DNA of 64,000 nt, taken from NCBI RefSeq assembly GCF_963506605.1, contig NC_083280.1, forward strand, positions 36,270,001 through 36,334,000, read 5' to 3'. A program made the position numbers and the translations under genes. Source of the DNA: Zootoca vivipara. Its lineage: Eukaryota. Within the stretch, counting starts at the first letter, position 1. Each line of letters opens with the position of its first letter. Shown here in pieces: positions 50,920-64,000 of the stretch. Under the pieces are notes generated by a model. It did not search any database, had not been told where the DNA came from, and saw only the letters and a list, made by a program, of their open reading frames with translations.

Positions 50920-51154
50920 CCCTGTTTCTCATATTTTAAGACATACCCATAAAATAAGCCATAGCAGGATTTTTAAGCATTCAAGGAATATAAGCCATAC
51001 CCCGAAAATAAGACATAGTGATAGGCGCAGCAGCAATGCCGGCTGCGGCAGGAGGAGGAGGAAAAAAATAAGACATCCCTTGAAAATAAGCCATAGTGTG
51101 TTTTTTTGAGGAAAAAATAAATATAAGACATGTCTTATAATATGAGAAACACGG
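50920..51154. mobile_element. Short (235-bp) Tc2-like MITE with the same backbone as 27934-29661, opposite orientation
   Basis: TA|CCCTGTTTCTCATATT...AATATGAGAAACACGG|TA. Shares AAAATAAG(A/C)CAT repeats, tttaagcatt and tttttttgaggaaaaaa blocks. Confidence 0.8.
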
Positions 51155-51226
51155 TAAGTAAGTAAGTAAGTAAGTACATAAGTACATACATACATACATA
51201 CATACATACAAACAAACAAACATACA
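51155..51226. repeat. Compound tetranucleotide microsatellite (TAAG)n(TACA)n(AACA)n
   Basis: Read directly; begins at the MITE's TA. Confidence 0.9.
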
Positions 51227-52555
51227 TATTTTAGGCACAGGAAATGTTTGTGTACATCTTCCCCTCAAGCTTCATTCCATGTTTGCTAAATAATCCAGAT
51301 TGAAAAACTATGCTCTTGCACTCCATACTTGAAATGCATGGCTTCCAGTTACGGTTAGCACTTACCCTCTAAACCAGAGTTTGTTGATTTGAATAGCATG
51401 GTCAATGCCTGCCTGCCATTTTAAGATACCAGTACAATTGCATACCCATACCAGTAAGTTTGGTACTGTGGCAAAAGCAAAAGTTAACACTTTTGTTTAT
51501 TGTTCTAATCATCCAAAACTTCCTACATTACAGAAAGTGACCAGAAACAATATTAGGCTCTTTTAAAAGGTTTAAATCACCATTTGTATACACAGCTTAA
51601 ATCTCAGAAAAGCTTTATCAGTTAAAGCTTTATTCTCCATAAATATGAAAATATCAAGAAGAAACCCAGGATTTTAGAGTATGCTGCTACTATCCCTTGT
51701 ACCATACAGTTCTCAGTATCTATCACACCTTCTGTTCATACAAACAAAAGTATGAGAATGAGCCAAGAATCACTATGCTATGAAAGAAAAACTGCCCTGA
51801 TAAAAGGAAAGTTGCTTTTATTGGCAGAAAATTTAGCATATTGGTTTTCTTCTTTTAAAACTTACATTTTCAGTTTGTGTAGTAAAAGTAAATTATAAGG
51901 AGTTGTGATTTAATAACAGCAAAATAATATTAATGTAAATAAACAAGGCAGAAGTATCTAAACCTGGGCATACTGATAACATTTTATGATAACAACAGTA
52001 TGTAACAATAGGTTAAAAAAATTAGGGACTCATGTTTGATTTCTTCATAGAAGAAACCTAGATTGTGCTCCATAATTTAAGACTTCAGGAGTCAGGTTTT
52101 TTTTTGATCCACAATGGACAAATTCAGGCATACTCATGCATAAATTATACATTAAAGCTCAAATCCAAATACTGGGTAGATGTAGTTCAGCTGACTTAAA
52201 TGTGCATGAAGGGATCTGGAAGATCAAAGTTAAATCATAAGCACAAGTTATTTTGAAAGTCTTCTGATGGCATTGGAACTTACTAGAGCATGTGCCAATA
52301 TGCATTTTTAATTTTTTTTTCTCCTGTCAAAAAGTTATTCACACACACACATTCACAACTGAATTTTATTTCAGACTCATCAGCAAGTTAATACCTGGTT
52401 TATCATAAGATATCCCATTACTGATACAATGAATAAACTTTATCCACTGCTAAAATAAATATTTTTAACAATATACAGAAGAGCTGCAGTTGGTTTAAAA
52501 CACATTGGGGGTAATAAGGGTGGTGTATCAGACAAACGGTTAGGCCAAGGCATGT

Positions 52556-53197
<642 letters not shown>

Positions 53198-53913
53198 TCA
53201 TGTTCCTATTTGCACACAATTTTAAGTTTCCTTTAGGTTCTATTCCTAGAGTCATAAATTGAGGTAGCTGTCACCAAGTGATGCTTCCCTGTGTCTGTTA
53301 AGCTTTGAGAAGCTTTAAACAAATTACACAAAAGATTTCTTAAGAGTACTTTTACTACATTTGTTTATTATATCCATCTACCAAGCTGAACAAATTACCT
53401 TGTGCCAAAGAAACAGAGGTTCTCAAAATGTTGCATTATCTAAGCTGTGAAAACATCATCAGCATTCCTGTGACAATATCCAGACCTCTATGTTGTATTA
53501 ATTACAATGACCAGTAACCAAAAACTGAGCAAAAATAATTCTTTCTTAAATCAGAAGCCTCATTATAGAAACTAAGAACTGAAGGATGTATACCATAATT
53601 CATTTTAAATAGTTTAATACTGCTTTTATTATAGATGGGTGTTGGTTAAAATAGAATTGGCTTGTGCAAAAACCAAACTAGACTGCAATCCTTATCTCAC
53701 TTACCTGTAAGTCCCTTTGAATTCCACAGAACTTATTTCTGAGTAGACATGGTTCAAATTGCATCATAAATTGCTTGTGTGATTCAAGACTCCCTGGTTA
53801 ATCAACCATCATGTTTCAGGTCATTAATTTGAAGATAGGGAATATGCTACAGGCTCACATTTCTTCAACTCCAAATTCCTCACCTCCTTTCTTGTGATAA
53901 CTATGGTTTAAAA

Positions 53914-54050
53914 CAGGCATCCTCAGACTTCAGCCCCCCAGATGTTTTGGACTCGCAATTCCCATCATCCCTGACCACTGGTCCTGTTAGCTATGGATCA
54001 TGGAAGCTGTAGGCCAAAACATCTGGAAGGCTGCAGTTTGGGGGTGCCTG
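53914..54050. mobile_element. hAT-type palindromic MITE
   Basis: CAGGCATCC...GGGTGCCTG termini with 8-bp TSD gtttaaaa. Confidence 0.88.
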
Positions 54051-54875
54051 GTTTAAAACAATATCAGAATCTAACAAAATACAGGTTAGCACTACCAGAT
54101 GTGCCTCCAAACACTGTGTGACAACCTGCTTCAAAATATGTTTTGGAGGAGATGCCCTGTGAGTGCTAATCTTAGTTTGCTGAATCTGAATACAGTATAA
54201 TGAATACCACAAATTGTGGAAAATAGAGGAGAATCTATGCATAATAGGGAAGCAGGGACCATGACAGCCTGCAACACATTCCCAATCTCTAGGTCACTGT
54301 TTGGAGATTGGAAACACAATATCCGATTTGAGCCTGTATAGCCATAATATTGTTGCATTTTTACCTCCCTACATGCATAATCAAGAAGTTTAATCACCAC
54401 ACTAACTTTAAGAAATTTCTCACACAGCAGACATTTAAGACGATGAACCTGGATATCTCTATAAAGAGAAATGCCAGGGCTCAACATAGCATAAAAACCC
54501 AATAATTTGGGATTTGGTCTATACTCAGTGGCATAAGGGCATTTTGCTCACCCTCAAATGTATTCTTTATTATTTAATATGTCCCCTCCGTTAAACTACT
54601 TCAGCATTTGATTTAGCTATTTAATTGATACTGGGTCTCCCTGGAAGCCAACTTTTCAAGAATGATTCCTTTTTATCTTGCCTGCTTGTTTTACTTTGGC
54701 TGGCACTCATACTGACTTTCACAAGGGACTGTCTTAATTCCTGATCAATACATATATAGGAGGATTACTTCATCTAATGCCACAGAAGGCTCATAGACAA
54801 ATTAACATATAGTAGGAGAGGAAAGAAACATGTATCAAAGATCAGTGCTGGTGTGTGCCCTACAGGAAACTTTCA

Positions 54876-55457
<582 letters not shown>

Positions 55458-56028
55458 TCATTGCATGGACAGAATGTATGTTTTAATGCCACCTTTGAAA
55501 CCATATGATCCTAGAACCAAAACAACTTTAAATACTGGTATCAGTCTGATTTTGTTTAAACGAGAGGCCATGTGTTTAGGCATGCAATATACACTCCTGT
55601 TCTCCTCAATTAATTGGTTTATAGCAAAGCTTGCCAACATGGCACTTGCTAGTGCACATGAAATCACAGGTGCCTTCCCTGGCACCACAGGATCCCCTTT
55701 TCCTAACTGACATAAGGGATTGAAAGGAACATTCTGCAGTAGCCAACAGAATACACTGTAATACGGGCACCACAACCAAGCATAAGCGGTGCCCACAACA
55801 GTCTGGTTTACTAATGTACCCATGATGAAAATGCCTATATACCTTATGGTCATATAGCACTAACAGAGAACTGCAGTCAGAAACCTGAATGGCAAAATAG
55901 GATTGAGGGAAAGTAAATCACTGACAGTAAGTTCCAAGCATGGCATTTTGGAAAACAAAGCTCTTTGAGAGAAAGTTTCTGAAAATAAATGGTATTCCTT
56001 AGTATGTATTTAACTCCCTGGAGATGAC

Positions 56029-56346
56029 CCAGTATACCTGAAGGAGTCTCTCCACCCCCATCATTCAGCCCGGACACTAAGGTCCAGCGCCGAGGGCCTT
56101 CTGGCGGTTCCCGCACTGCGAGAAGTGAGATTACAGGGAACCAAGCAGAGGGCCTTCTTGGTGGTGGTGCACACCCTCCCACCAGATGTCAAGGAAATAA
56201 ACAACTATCTGACTTTTAGAAGACATCTGGCAGCCCTGTTTAGGGAAGCTTTTAATGTTTGAAGTTTTATTCTGTTTAATATTCTGTTGGGAACCGCCCA
56301 GAGTGGCTGGGGAAACCCAGCCAGATGGATGGGGTATAAATAATAA

Positions 56347-56398
<52 letters not shown>
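56029..56398 (+). mobile_element. L2 LINE 3' end with (TTA)n tail
   Basis: ccagtatacctgaaggag...ccgcccagagtggctggggaaacccagccagatgg followed by about 17 TTA units. Confidence 0.75.
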
Positions 56399-56399
<1 letters not shown>

Positions 56400-56749
56400 T
56401 TCATAAATATGCTTAGGAACATTCTACTATACGGATTAACAGACCAGCATTTATCATCACAAGGGTGTCAAGTGGAGGCAGAGAAGTGGTTGGCAATTGA
56501 CTAGCCCACAAGGAAAGAAGTGCCTTCAAACAATACTCCGGACTAGAGAAACATTAGGCATGAAAACAGAGAGATGGGGGAGCATTCTTCATAGCTATGA
56601 GGACCAAACCAGTCAGAAACACGCCTACAGTTCAGCCCTTACAGTCCAGCCCTAATCCCGTGTACACCACTTCAGTACGATTTACTGCCAAGTAAATACG
56701 CAATAGGGTGAGAGCCTCGAGCCAAGCCACCCTACTGCTGTATTTTAAT

Positions 56750-57770
56750 ACCGAGGAGGCCAAAAAATAACCGAATTACCTCAAACAGGCTTACCCGTCC
56801 CACCGTCTCTCCATGCGACAGTGTCCTCTTCCGGCGAAGAGAAATTACGTCACCCTATTATCAAACCCCCCCCCCCTTTACATTACTGTAACAGGTGAGG
56901 TTCTCGCGCATGGGTTTAGAGAAGCCCCCTTGACAGCTCTGCCCTCACCCAACATGGTTGGCTCACCTTCAGGGCCTAGCTCTCAACCACCACCGCCACA
57001 ATAGTAGTAACAAAAGGCGAATAAAAGCTCCGCAGTCGGAGAGACCCGCGGCAGGAAACCTAGACTCGTCTCACCGCTCCTCCAATCGCGAACCGAAGAG
57101 ACAGTGGAGGGGGGAATGACAGCACTTTCTCCGACGCCTCCTCCTCAGGCCCAGCTCAGGCACAGGCTAAAGCTTTCACTTCCGCCCGCACTTGCCGGCA
57201 GCCGGTGGGAAGGACGTCGAGCGTCGGCTGCGCCGCCTTCCCTTCCTTCCCTCGCTGACGGCGTGAGCCGGATTGGCCGGTTGGCTGCCTGGTGGGTTCG
57301 CGGCCTCGCACCGCCTTTGCCTGGACCGGGGCGGTCGGTTGGCGAGACGTGCGCGCGCGCGCTGTGGGACGCGAGGACTCGGTGGTCGCCCGGAGGCTAT
57401 GGCGGCGGCTGCCGGCGGCGGAGGCGGTGGCGGAGGAGGAGCGCCGAGCTCGGTGGTTGTTGCGGCTGCTGCTGCCGCCGCCGCCGCTACGGCTGCTAAT
57501 GCGGGGGGCTGGCGACTTCCCGGGCGGGTGCTCGAGTTCGTCTTCTCCTACCTGGAGCTGCGGGAGCTGCGGAGCTGCGCGCTGGTGTGCAAGCTGTGGT
57601 GCCGCGTCCTGCACGGCGATGAGAACAGCGAGGTGTGGCGGAGCCTGGCCGCTCGCAGCCTGGCGGAGGAGGCGCTGCGCACCGACATCCTCTGCAACGT
57701 GCCCACCTACAAGGGCAAGGTCAGGATGGCCCCGCACGGGAGGGAGCGACCCTCCTTTTTGCGCGCGCGA
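56750..57770. promoter_or_regulatory. Bidirectional CpG-island promoter shared by WDR53 and FBXO45
   Basis: CpG-dense region between head-to-head genes. CCAAT boxes near 57082 and 57272, ETS-like CACTTCCG near 57177, and minus-strand donors near 56794 and 57074 for WDR53 UTR exons. Confidence 0.8.
57399..57719 (+). CDS. FBXO45: F-box/SPRY protein FBXO45, exon 1 (F-box)
   Basis: MAAAAGGG...[45 protein letters not shown]...PTYKGK; gtcagg donor; total 864 nt = 287 aa + stop. Confidence 0.95.
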
Positions 57771-57948
57771 TGAAACCCAGGAAGGAAATATAGACAGTAT
57801 ATATCATCTGGGTACCGTTCTCTGCCCCTACATCCCTTGCACGAGATAAGATACTGGGGGTGCCGTGGGTCTTGTCTCCTGTGTTTTGTGAGCCGGACCA
57901 CTTTCTTAAACCCAGATGTGCGGGGAGGAGAGGAAATTGTTCCGTGTT

Positions 57949-57959
57949 GTGTGTGTGTT

Positions 57960-58036
<77 letters not shown>
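57949..58036. repeat. (TG)n(AG)n compound microsatellite in FBXO45 intron 1
   Basis: Read directly. Confidence 0.95.
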
Positions 58037-58038
<2 letters not shown>

Positions 58039-58684
58039 CACTAACGCACATGCTCAAAAGCACTGGCTGCTTATTACTGTACTTACTTTGTTCCAAGGCA
58101 GAACTCTGGCACCGATTCTGGGCTCTTTCCTAGCTCCAGTAAAATGCAACCTGCATCATCTGTCGTCACCCCCTCCCCCCAATTGCACATGTATATATGC
58201 ATACGAGTGTTGGTGGAAACACTCACTGAGTACATGTTGTTTGGATGTGGTTCCTCTTTCCAGCTGCTGCCTATGGCCCAGATGCTTTGCATGGTAGGAG
58301 CTGCAGAAAGGTATAGTGCTCAATAAGACACCATCTCGGGAGCTGGATTGAGGACCCCCCCCCCCCCGTTGATGCCTTCCTCCACCATGCCTGGAATAGC
58401 TGGTGTTTAAATGATGCTTTTCTCCTGCTTGCTCTGATTCCAAAAGACCTTGTTTTTTATGTTGAGCCAGGTAGCCAGTACTAGCCCAGCTGGGCAGGTG
58501 GTGAGGACTGAGGTTGTGAAATCACAACGCGTTCTTACTTTGGGTGGCATTCTTTCACAGATGGGCTAATTATACATATATAAGAATAGGGTGTAGAGTT
58601 GCTGCTGCTGCTGTCTTAATAGCCTTGCCTAGTTTAGTAATCTTATCTCCAGCGTTGCTTTAAAAAAAATGCCTTCTGTTCCAG

Positions 58685-59041
58685 GTACGCGCCTTTCAGC
58701 ATGCTTTCAGCACCAATGATTGTTCTAGGAATGTCTACATTAAGAAGAATGGATTTACTTTGCATCGGAATCCCATTGCACAGAGTACAGATGGAGCAAG
58801 GACCAAGATTGGTTTCAGTGAAGGCCGTCATGCTTGGGAAGTCTGGTGGGAAGGCCCTCTTGGCACAGTGGCAGTAATTGGGATTGCTACAAAACGAGCT
58901 CCCATGCAGTGTCAGGGCTATGTGGCACTCCTGGGCAGTGATGACCAGAGCTGGGGCTGGAATTTGGTGGACAATAACTTGTTACATAATGGAGAGGTCA
59001 ATGGCAGCTTCCCCCAGTGCAACAATGCCCCCAAATATCAA
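58685..59041 (+). CDS. FBXO45: FBXO45 exon 2 (SPRY)
   Basis: tccag/gtgagt; [39 protein letters not shown]...NNAPKYQ; 357 nt. Confidence 0.97.
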
Positions 59042-60538
59042 GTGAGTGAAACCTGGAATGTATACAAGACTGTTGGATCTGTGAAGAGCTATGCCAGGGC
59101 GTTCCAACCACTTAGACCACGTACGCCTCAAGAGCACTTTGACACAGAACCCGTGGGCCACACACTGAATTAAATTTCTGTATTGTAAATTAAAGAGTAC
59201 ACAATATAGTTAATATATTTAATGTAAGCAATTAATGTATTTAATTGAATATATATAATTAAATACAATTGATAGATTGAGTCCCTGTCAGGATAAAAAG
59301 GTAGGATATAAATCAAAATAAAATAATTTTAGAAGACTTCTAATCAAAATGATTCGAGCCTCTTGTGAAGCCATTAAATAAATGCAGTCCATGGAGAAGA
59401 AGACAGCACAAGGTGTGGTGGTGGGGCAGGCAACAGCTGCCTCATCCTCCTCACCTGTCAGCCAGTCCCCACAGCCACCACCATCTATCCTGCTCCCCTC
59501 CCCGCACGGCCTCTTCAGGCTGGTTGTTGACTGAGGGGGGAGGATTCTGTAGAAGGGGACACCCAAGGGTAATGTAGCCAGACCCCTTGGAGTCCCTGGC
59601 AGGCAGTCACCCCCTCCCCACCTGTCAAACAGGGCAGCAGCAAAGCCTCCATGGCAAAGGGCAGCCCACCATTCTCATAGAGTTCCCTCCTGCTGGCTGG
59701 CCATACACCATGCCTCTACTGAGCCTGGGCTGTGTTGCGGCCTCCCTCTGGCCTGGCAGCTCTGCTCCATCTCTCACCACCATCACTATTGTTGTTCCTT
59801 CAAAGAGGCGCCAGCACCAAGCCGCACCTCCTGCTCCATGTTGCCATGCCGGCCCACCAATCAAAAGGTGCGACTTCAAACACTCGAAAATTTGGCGCCC
59901 AGCTCCCTTTCTCCCTTTCTCCCTATTGGTGGGTTTTCAAGCATCCCTCCCTATCACATATACTCTCACGTGCTCATTTGCTGCTGAGGGGAGAAGTAAC
60001 CAACCAGCAAGAGGAGGAAGTTCTTGCTCTTCAGGACAGGAAAGGCAGAAGAGTTGCTGAAGAGTAGTAACAGGTTTGAGGACAGGGGCCACTAAAAAAA
60101 AGGTCTCATAGGCCACATATTGGACCACCCTGAGCTATTCATTCCAGAATTTTGCATAGTAAACTGTGACACATTCTGTTTTAGGCACAATTCTATTCAC
60201 ATTTACTTGGAAATATGTCCTAATCTGCTCAGTGGGGCTTACTCCCTGGCAAGGCTTCCACACTAACCTCACTTACTTGGGAGTTAGCCAAGTTGAATTC
60301 AGTAAGGCATGCATCAAATTGAAGAATATTTCTGGTTAACCTGTGTAGTTCTTCAAAGCCCCATGACTGAATCTTACTTTTACCATTGATCAGCAGAAAA
60401 TGTCTTCAAAGGGTTTTCTGTATGTTAATTGTGTTAATTAATCCCCCCCCCAAGTTATTTTGTCTCAGCATCTTTTTACCTTTGTCTTGTCTTTTTTCAT
60501 TATCCCTTTTCTTCAATCAGTCTTATTTTTGTTTACAG

Positions 60539-60724
60539 ATAGGTGAGAGAATTCGTGTCATCCTGGACATGGAAGACAAGACTTTGGCTTTTGAGCGTGG
60601 CTATGAGTTTCTAGGAGTTGCATTCCGAGGACTGCCAAAGACATGTCTGTATCCAGCAGTGTCTGCTGTCTATGGAAACACTGAAGTGACATTAGTTTAT
60701 CTGGGAAAACCTTTAGATGGATGA
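60539..60724 (+). CDS. FBXO45: FBXO45 exon 3 (SPRY C-terminus)
   Basis: tacag acceptor; [64 protein letters not shown]. Confidence 0.97.
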   Translation: MGERIRVILDMEDKTLAFERGYEFLGVAFRGLPKTCLYPAVSAVYGNTEVTLVYLGKPLDG

Positions 60725-61908
60725 CATTTTGTTTTTAACTGGGACATGAACATCAAGTTGACAATATGGAGAAACTTGCATGTGGGTTAATAGGGAAGCA
60801 TGAGTGGAGTGTGTAGATGCGTATCCAAGAAACATCAAGGAAAACCAAAATTTGCAATCCAAAAGGCCAGCTGTACGGAAGAGAGTTTTACCTTTCCTTT
60901 TTCTGCCGGACCAGAAAAATTCTCAGGGGGTTGCAGTTGGTTGAATGGGCAGCTAACCACATGCATGTTGCATAAGATTTCACTGCAAAGGTGGCAGAAT
61001 GGAATCCTGTACATACTTATGTATAGAAGTGGTTGAGGAAAGCTGACTGAGACCTGTAAGTAGTATGTTCTGTGAAAAAGACTTCATTTTTAAAATTATT
61101 TGTTTCCTTCCTGCCTTTGATCCAGTGTGTTTTACCAAAGGTAACTGAAATTGGTTGGATTTTATTTAATGTATTTTCAGTGTACTGAGGAGTACAATGT
61201 ATTGCACTTCTCCAGAGCAAAACATTGTGCAGTTATGTTAAAGCGTGCAGTTATCTTAAAGACAGTTTGTACAGAACAATTTAAAAACCAGAACAAAACA
61301 AAAGGTTGCATTTGCTTTCCCTGGGACATAATTTTATTAATTGGGGGAAAGAAACCCACTACATATCAGCTGTTTGTGTCTGTCCAGTTGAACAGCATAC
61401 ATACTAGTGCACTTCTTTTGTTGTACAACATCTCATGTGACAAAAGAAACTATGAATGTTTATTGTAAAATGCTTTAGATTTGATAGCTGAAAATTCTGT
61501 GCAGGTGGAAGGATAAAGTCAGTTTCTAATGTGAGTATTTTTGTTTTACTTAAAATGTGAGTGTGTGTTCCAAATGACCATATGTCTTTCAATCCACCTT
61601 CTAAAGTAAGACTTAAAATTAATCTTGCAAACTATGAGCCGTCCACCCAATACTGCTGCTCTTTACCCATTTTAATCAGAATTGTATTGTGGTTGTTGGG
61701 TGGCCATGCTTTGTGGGTTGTTCCCATTATGGTCTGCAGTACCCCAACCCTTCATTTTGGTCTATTACCAAATGTACTGCTCTCTTCCCAGCATAGATAT
61801 TAGATTGCAAGTATTGCATATTTAACTAAATAGTTTGAAAAATAGGTTTCCAAAGTACTACCTAAATACATACTATGTTAAAATTCCATAGAAAAACTTT
61901 TTAACATA

Positions 61909-62194
61909 CAGTAGTACCTTTGGTTACGGCAGGATCCGTTCCGGAAGCCCGGCCGTATCCCGAAAAGTCCGTAACCGGAGGCACCCTTCTGTGCATGCAC
62001 GCGGCGCGATTAAGTGCTTCTGCGCGCGCACGGAGATCGCTTCTGCGCATATGGCCAGATCGTTTCTGCGCATACGGCCAGATCGTTTCTGCGCATGTGC
62101 GTGCAGCAAAACCCGGACATATATACTGCCGTGTTTGCCGCGTTCGCAACCCAAAGATTACGTATCCAGGGATACGTAATCCGAGATACCACTG
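61909..62194. mobile_element. Tigger-like MITE with internal 22-bp tandem repeat
   Basis: TA|CAGTAGTACCTTTGGTTACG ... CGTAATCCGAGATACCACTG|TA; agatcg(c/t)ttctgcgcat x3. Confidence 0.8.
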
Positions 62195-62631
62195 TATTTC
62201 AATCTTTAGCATAAATAAATTGAACTTCAAACAGGAATCAAATTACTGACACAACTATGGAGTCTGCCCTTTCGTTATATTAATGGCTGAGAAACATTTT
62301 ACAAGGCTAATTTGTTGTGGATAAAGAAAGCACCTTCAGATGATGGAGCAACTGCATTTCCCCGTTCTTTGGCATCCATATCCTGCACAGCTTGTATGTC
62401 TTAATCGTGTAAGTCCACAGGCTGGTTCTTGGTACTAAAGTGCTATTTTGTTCTGCCTTAGACATCTATTTATTTAGTGTAGAGTGAGAAAACACTTTCA
62501 GTGCAGTCCTGGGCATTCCCCCCCCCCTAAGAAGCAAGCCCCACTATGTCCAGTGGGGTGTACTCCGAGGTAAGTATGTGTAGGATTGTGGCCTTTGGGA
62601 GGAAATGAGGTATTGTTTACATTCTTTACAT

Positions 62632-62767
62632 CAGGCACCCCCAAACTTCGGCCCTCCAGATGTTTTGGACTACAATTCCCATCTTCCCAGACCACTGGTC
62701 CTGTTAGCTAGGGATCATGGGAGTTGTAGGCCAAAACATCTGGAGGGCTGCAGTTTGGGGATGCCTG
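62632..62767. mobile_element. hAT-type palindromic MITE
   Basis: CAGGCACCCCCAAACT...AGTTTGGGGATGCCTG with 8-bp TSD ctttacat; same family as 53914-54050. Confidence 0.9.
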
Positions 62768-64000
62768 CTTTACATCATAATCATAATTATGCGGTCTCGC
62801 AGACATATAGTTCCTTAGATGTGCAAAAAGAGAACAATTCCCTTAGGCATTCTTATTTTTGTTAAAGCCGGGGAAAGCTGCTAAACACTACCTTTGTTTT
62901 TTTTTTTAATAGGCTGAAGAGTTCATTCTTGCTGCATGCAAGGTTTAAAATGGCAATCCAGTATCTTTGGTAGTGCCATCAGTCCTCAATACTTAAAAAC
63001 ATACTACATTGGTCATGCTGTGACCTTCCCAGCAACCTAGCCTTCTTGCTGTAGGCTTAGCCATCATGTTCCCTGTCCTACCATCTTGACATACTAATGC
63101 ATCTTGCTTTACTATTGTTTCCAAACCCCTCTGCTCCCTTGTAGAAGCTGCAGAAGGAAGTTACGGTGGATTATTGGTTTGGGACTGCTAGTATTCTTTG
63201 GTTGGTGGCATAGGACTGTAGTGAATGGCATCACACTAGGCAGAAAGAGGCTCTTTTATGAGGCTGCTGAAAGTGTGAAGGATAAAATGTGGATCCAAAA
63301 AAAGGGCAGTGACTTTACTGGCGGAGTCTATGTTGCATGTTCTCAGCTGTTCAGGTTTTCCTAGTTCTTCACTTCACTTTCCTTCCATGTTCAGATTCCG
63401 CAAAACTGCATTTGAGGTCTTCATGTGCGAATAAATGTTTTTAAAATATTTGTTCTATGTGTAGTATGCCGCTTAACAAGTTCATTCCTGGTCTTTCTAA
63501 AATTAAGCAAATGAATCATTTCAACACTGGTACTACGAAGAAATGAATGATTTTGGAAAGATGTATCACTTCCAGAAAACGTTGACTGTATTCTATGCTA
63601 TAAAATATATCACTACAAGATTCTATGGCATGAGCTAAAATAAAAGGAAAGAAGCTTTTGTTAGAGTAATATAGTCTCCCTGTGCAGTCTCGGATGGATT
63701 ACCCTCTGCACTTATTTATGGACTTTCGAGTAGAGAGAGCTGGTCCTAAGAACTGTGTCAGGGAAAATTTTGCTAGGTTTTACCTTCCATTTATACAGGA
63801 TGTCTTGCTCGCTTTACCCTTACATGTGGCATAGCATTCTGCTTGTGCCAAGTGGTTAAAAATTCCTTGGGGCACAGGGACAAATATGTATATAAACCTC
63901 TTATAACTTATTACCTGAAGACCAACTCCAAGCTGTACAAACAACTGAAATAAATTGTTAAAACATAAATATACTACTCTGTATTATTGTGTGTTATAAT

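Noticed and set aside
57104-57849. Long overlapping or antisense ORFs at the FBXO45 5' end (also at 32726-33333 and 43068-43590)
   Set aside because: Stop-poor GC-rich CpG-island sequence with low-complexity translations.

Overview
Vertebrate nuclear DNA from a squamate reptile. The Sauria-SINE, Bov-B and lizard-type MITE content suggests a lacertid lizard (inference). The window holds five intact intron-containing genes in the same order and orientation as human 3q29: UBXN7 (-, 11 coding exons, 488 aa), RNF168 (-, 6 coding exons, 485 aa), SMCO1 (-, 3 exons, 194 aa), WDR53 (-, 2 coding exons, 351 aa) and FBXO45 (+, 3 exons, 287 aa). WDR53 and FBXO45 are head-to-head on a shared CpG island. 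All exon boundaries were read by hand as GT-AG with consistent phases. Introns carry SINEs, L2 and RTE/Bov-B LINE fragments, Tc1/mariner and hAT MITEs, and a Penelope remnant with a hammerhead-ribozyme core. The standout is in UBXN7 intron 1: a 1,728-bp TA-flanked Tc2/mariner-type non-autonomous element (27934-29661). Its interior is a 1.37-kb recursively nested palindrome: eight alternating 84-bp arms separated by flip/flop spacers with orientations + + - + + - -, the pattern given by repeated fold-back doubling. It sits inside an old RTE LINE that also received a Bov-B insertion with an inverted 5' piece. No database searches were run, so family names come from recognition of motifs.
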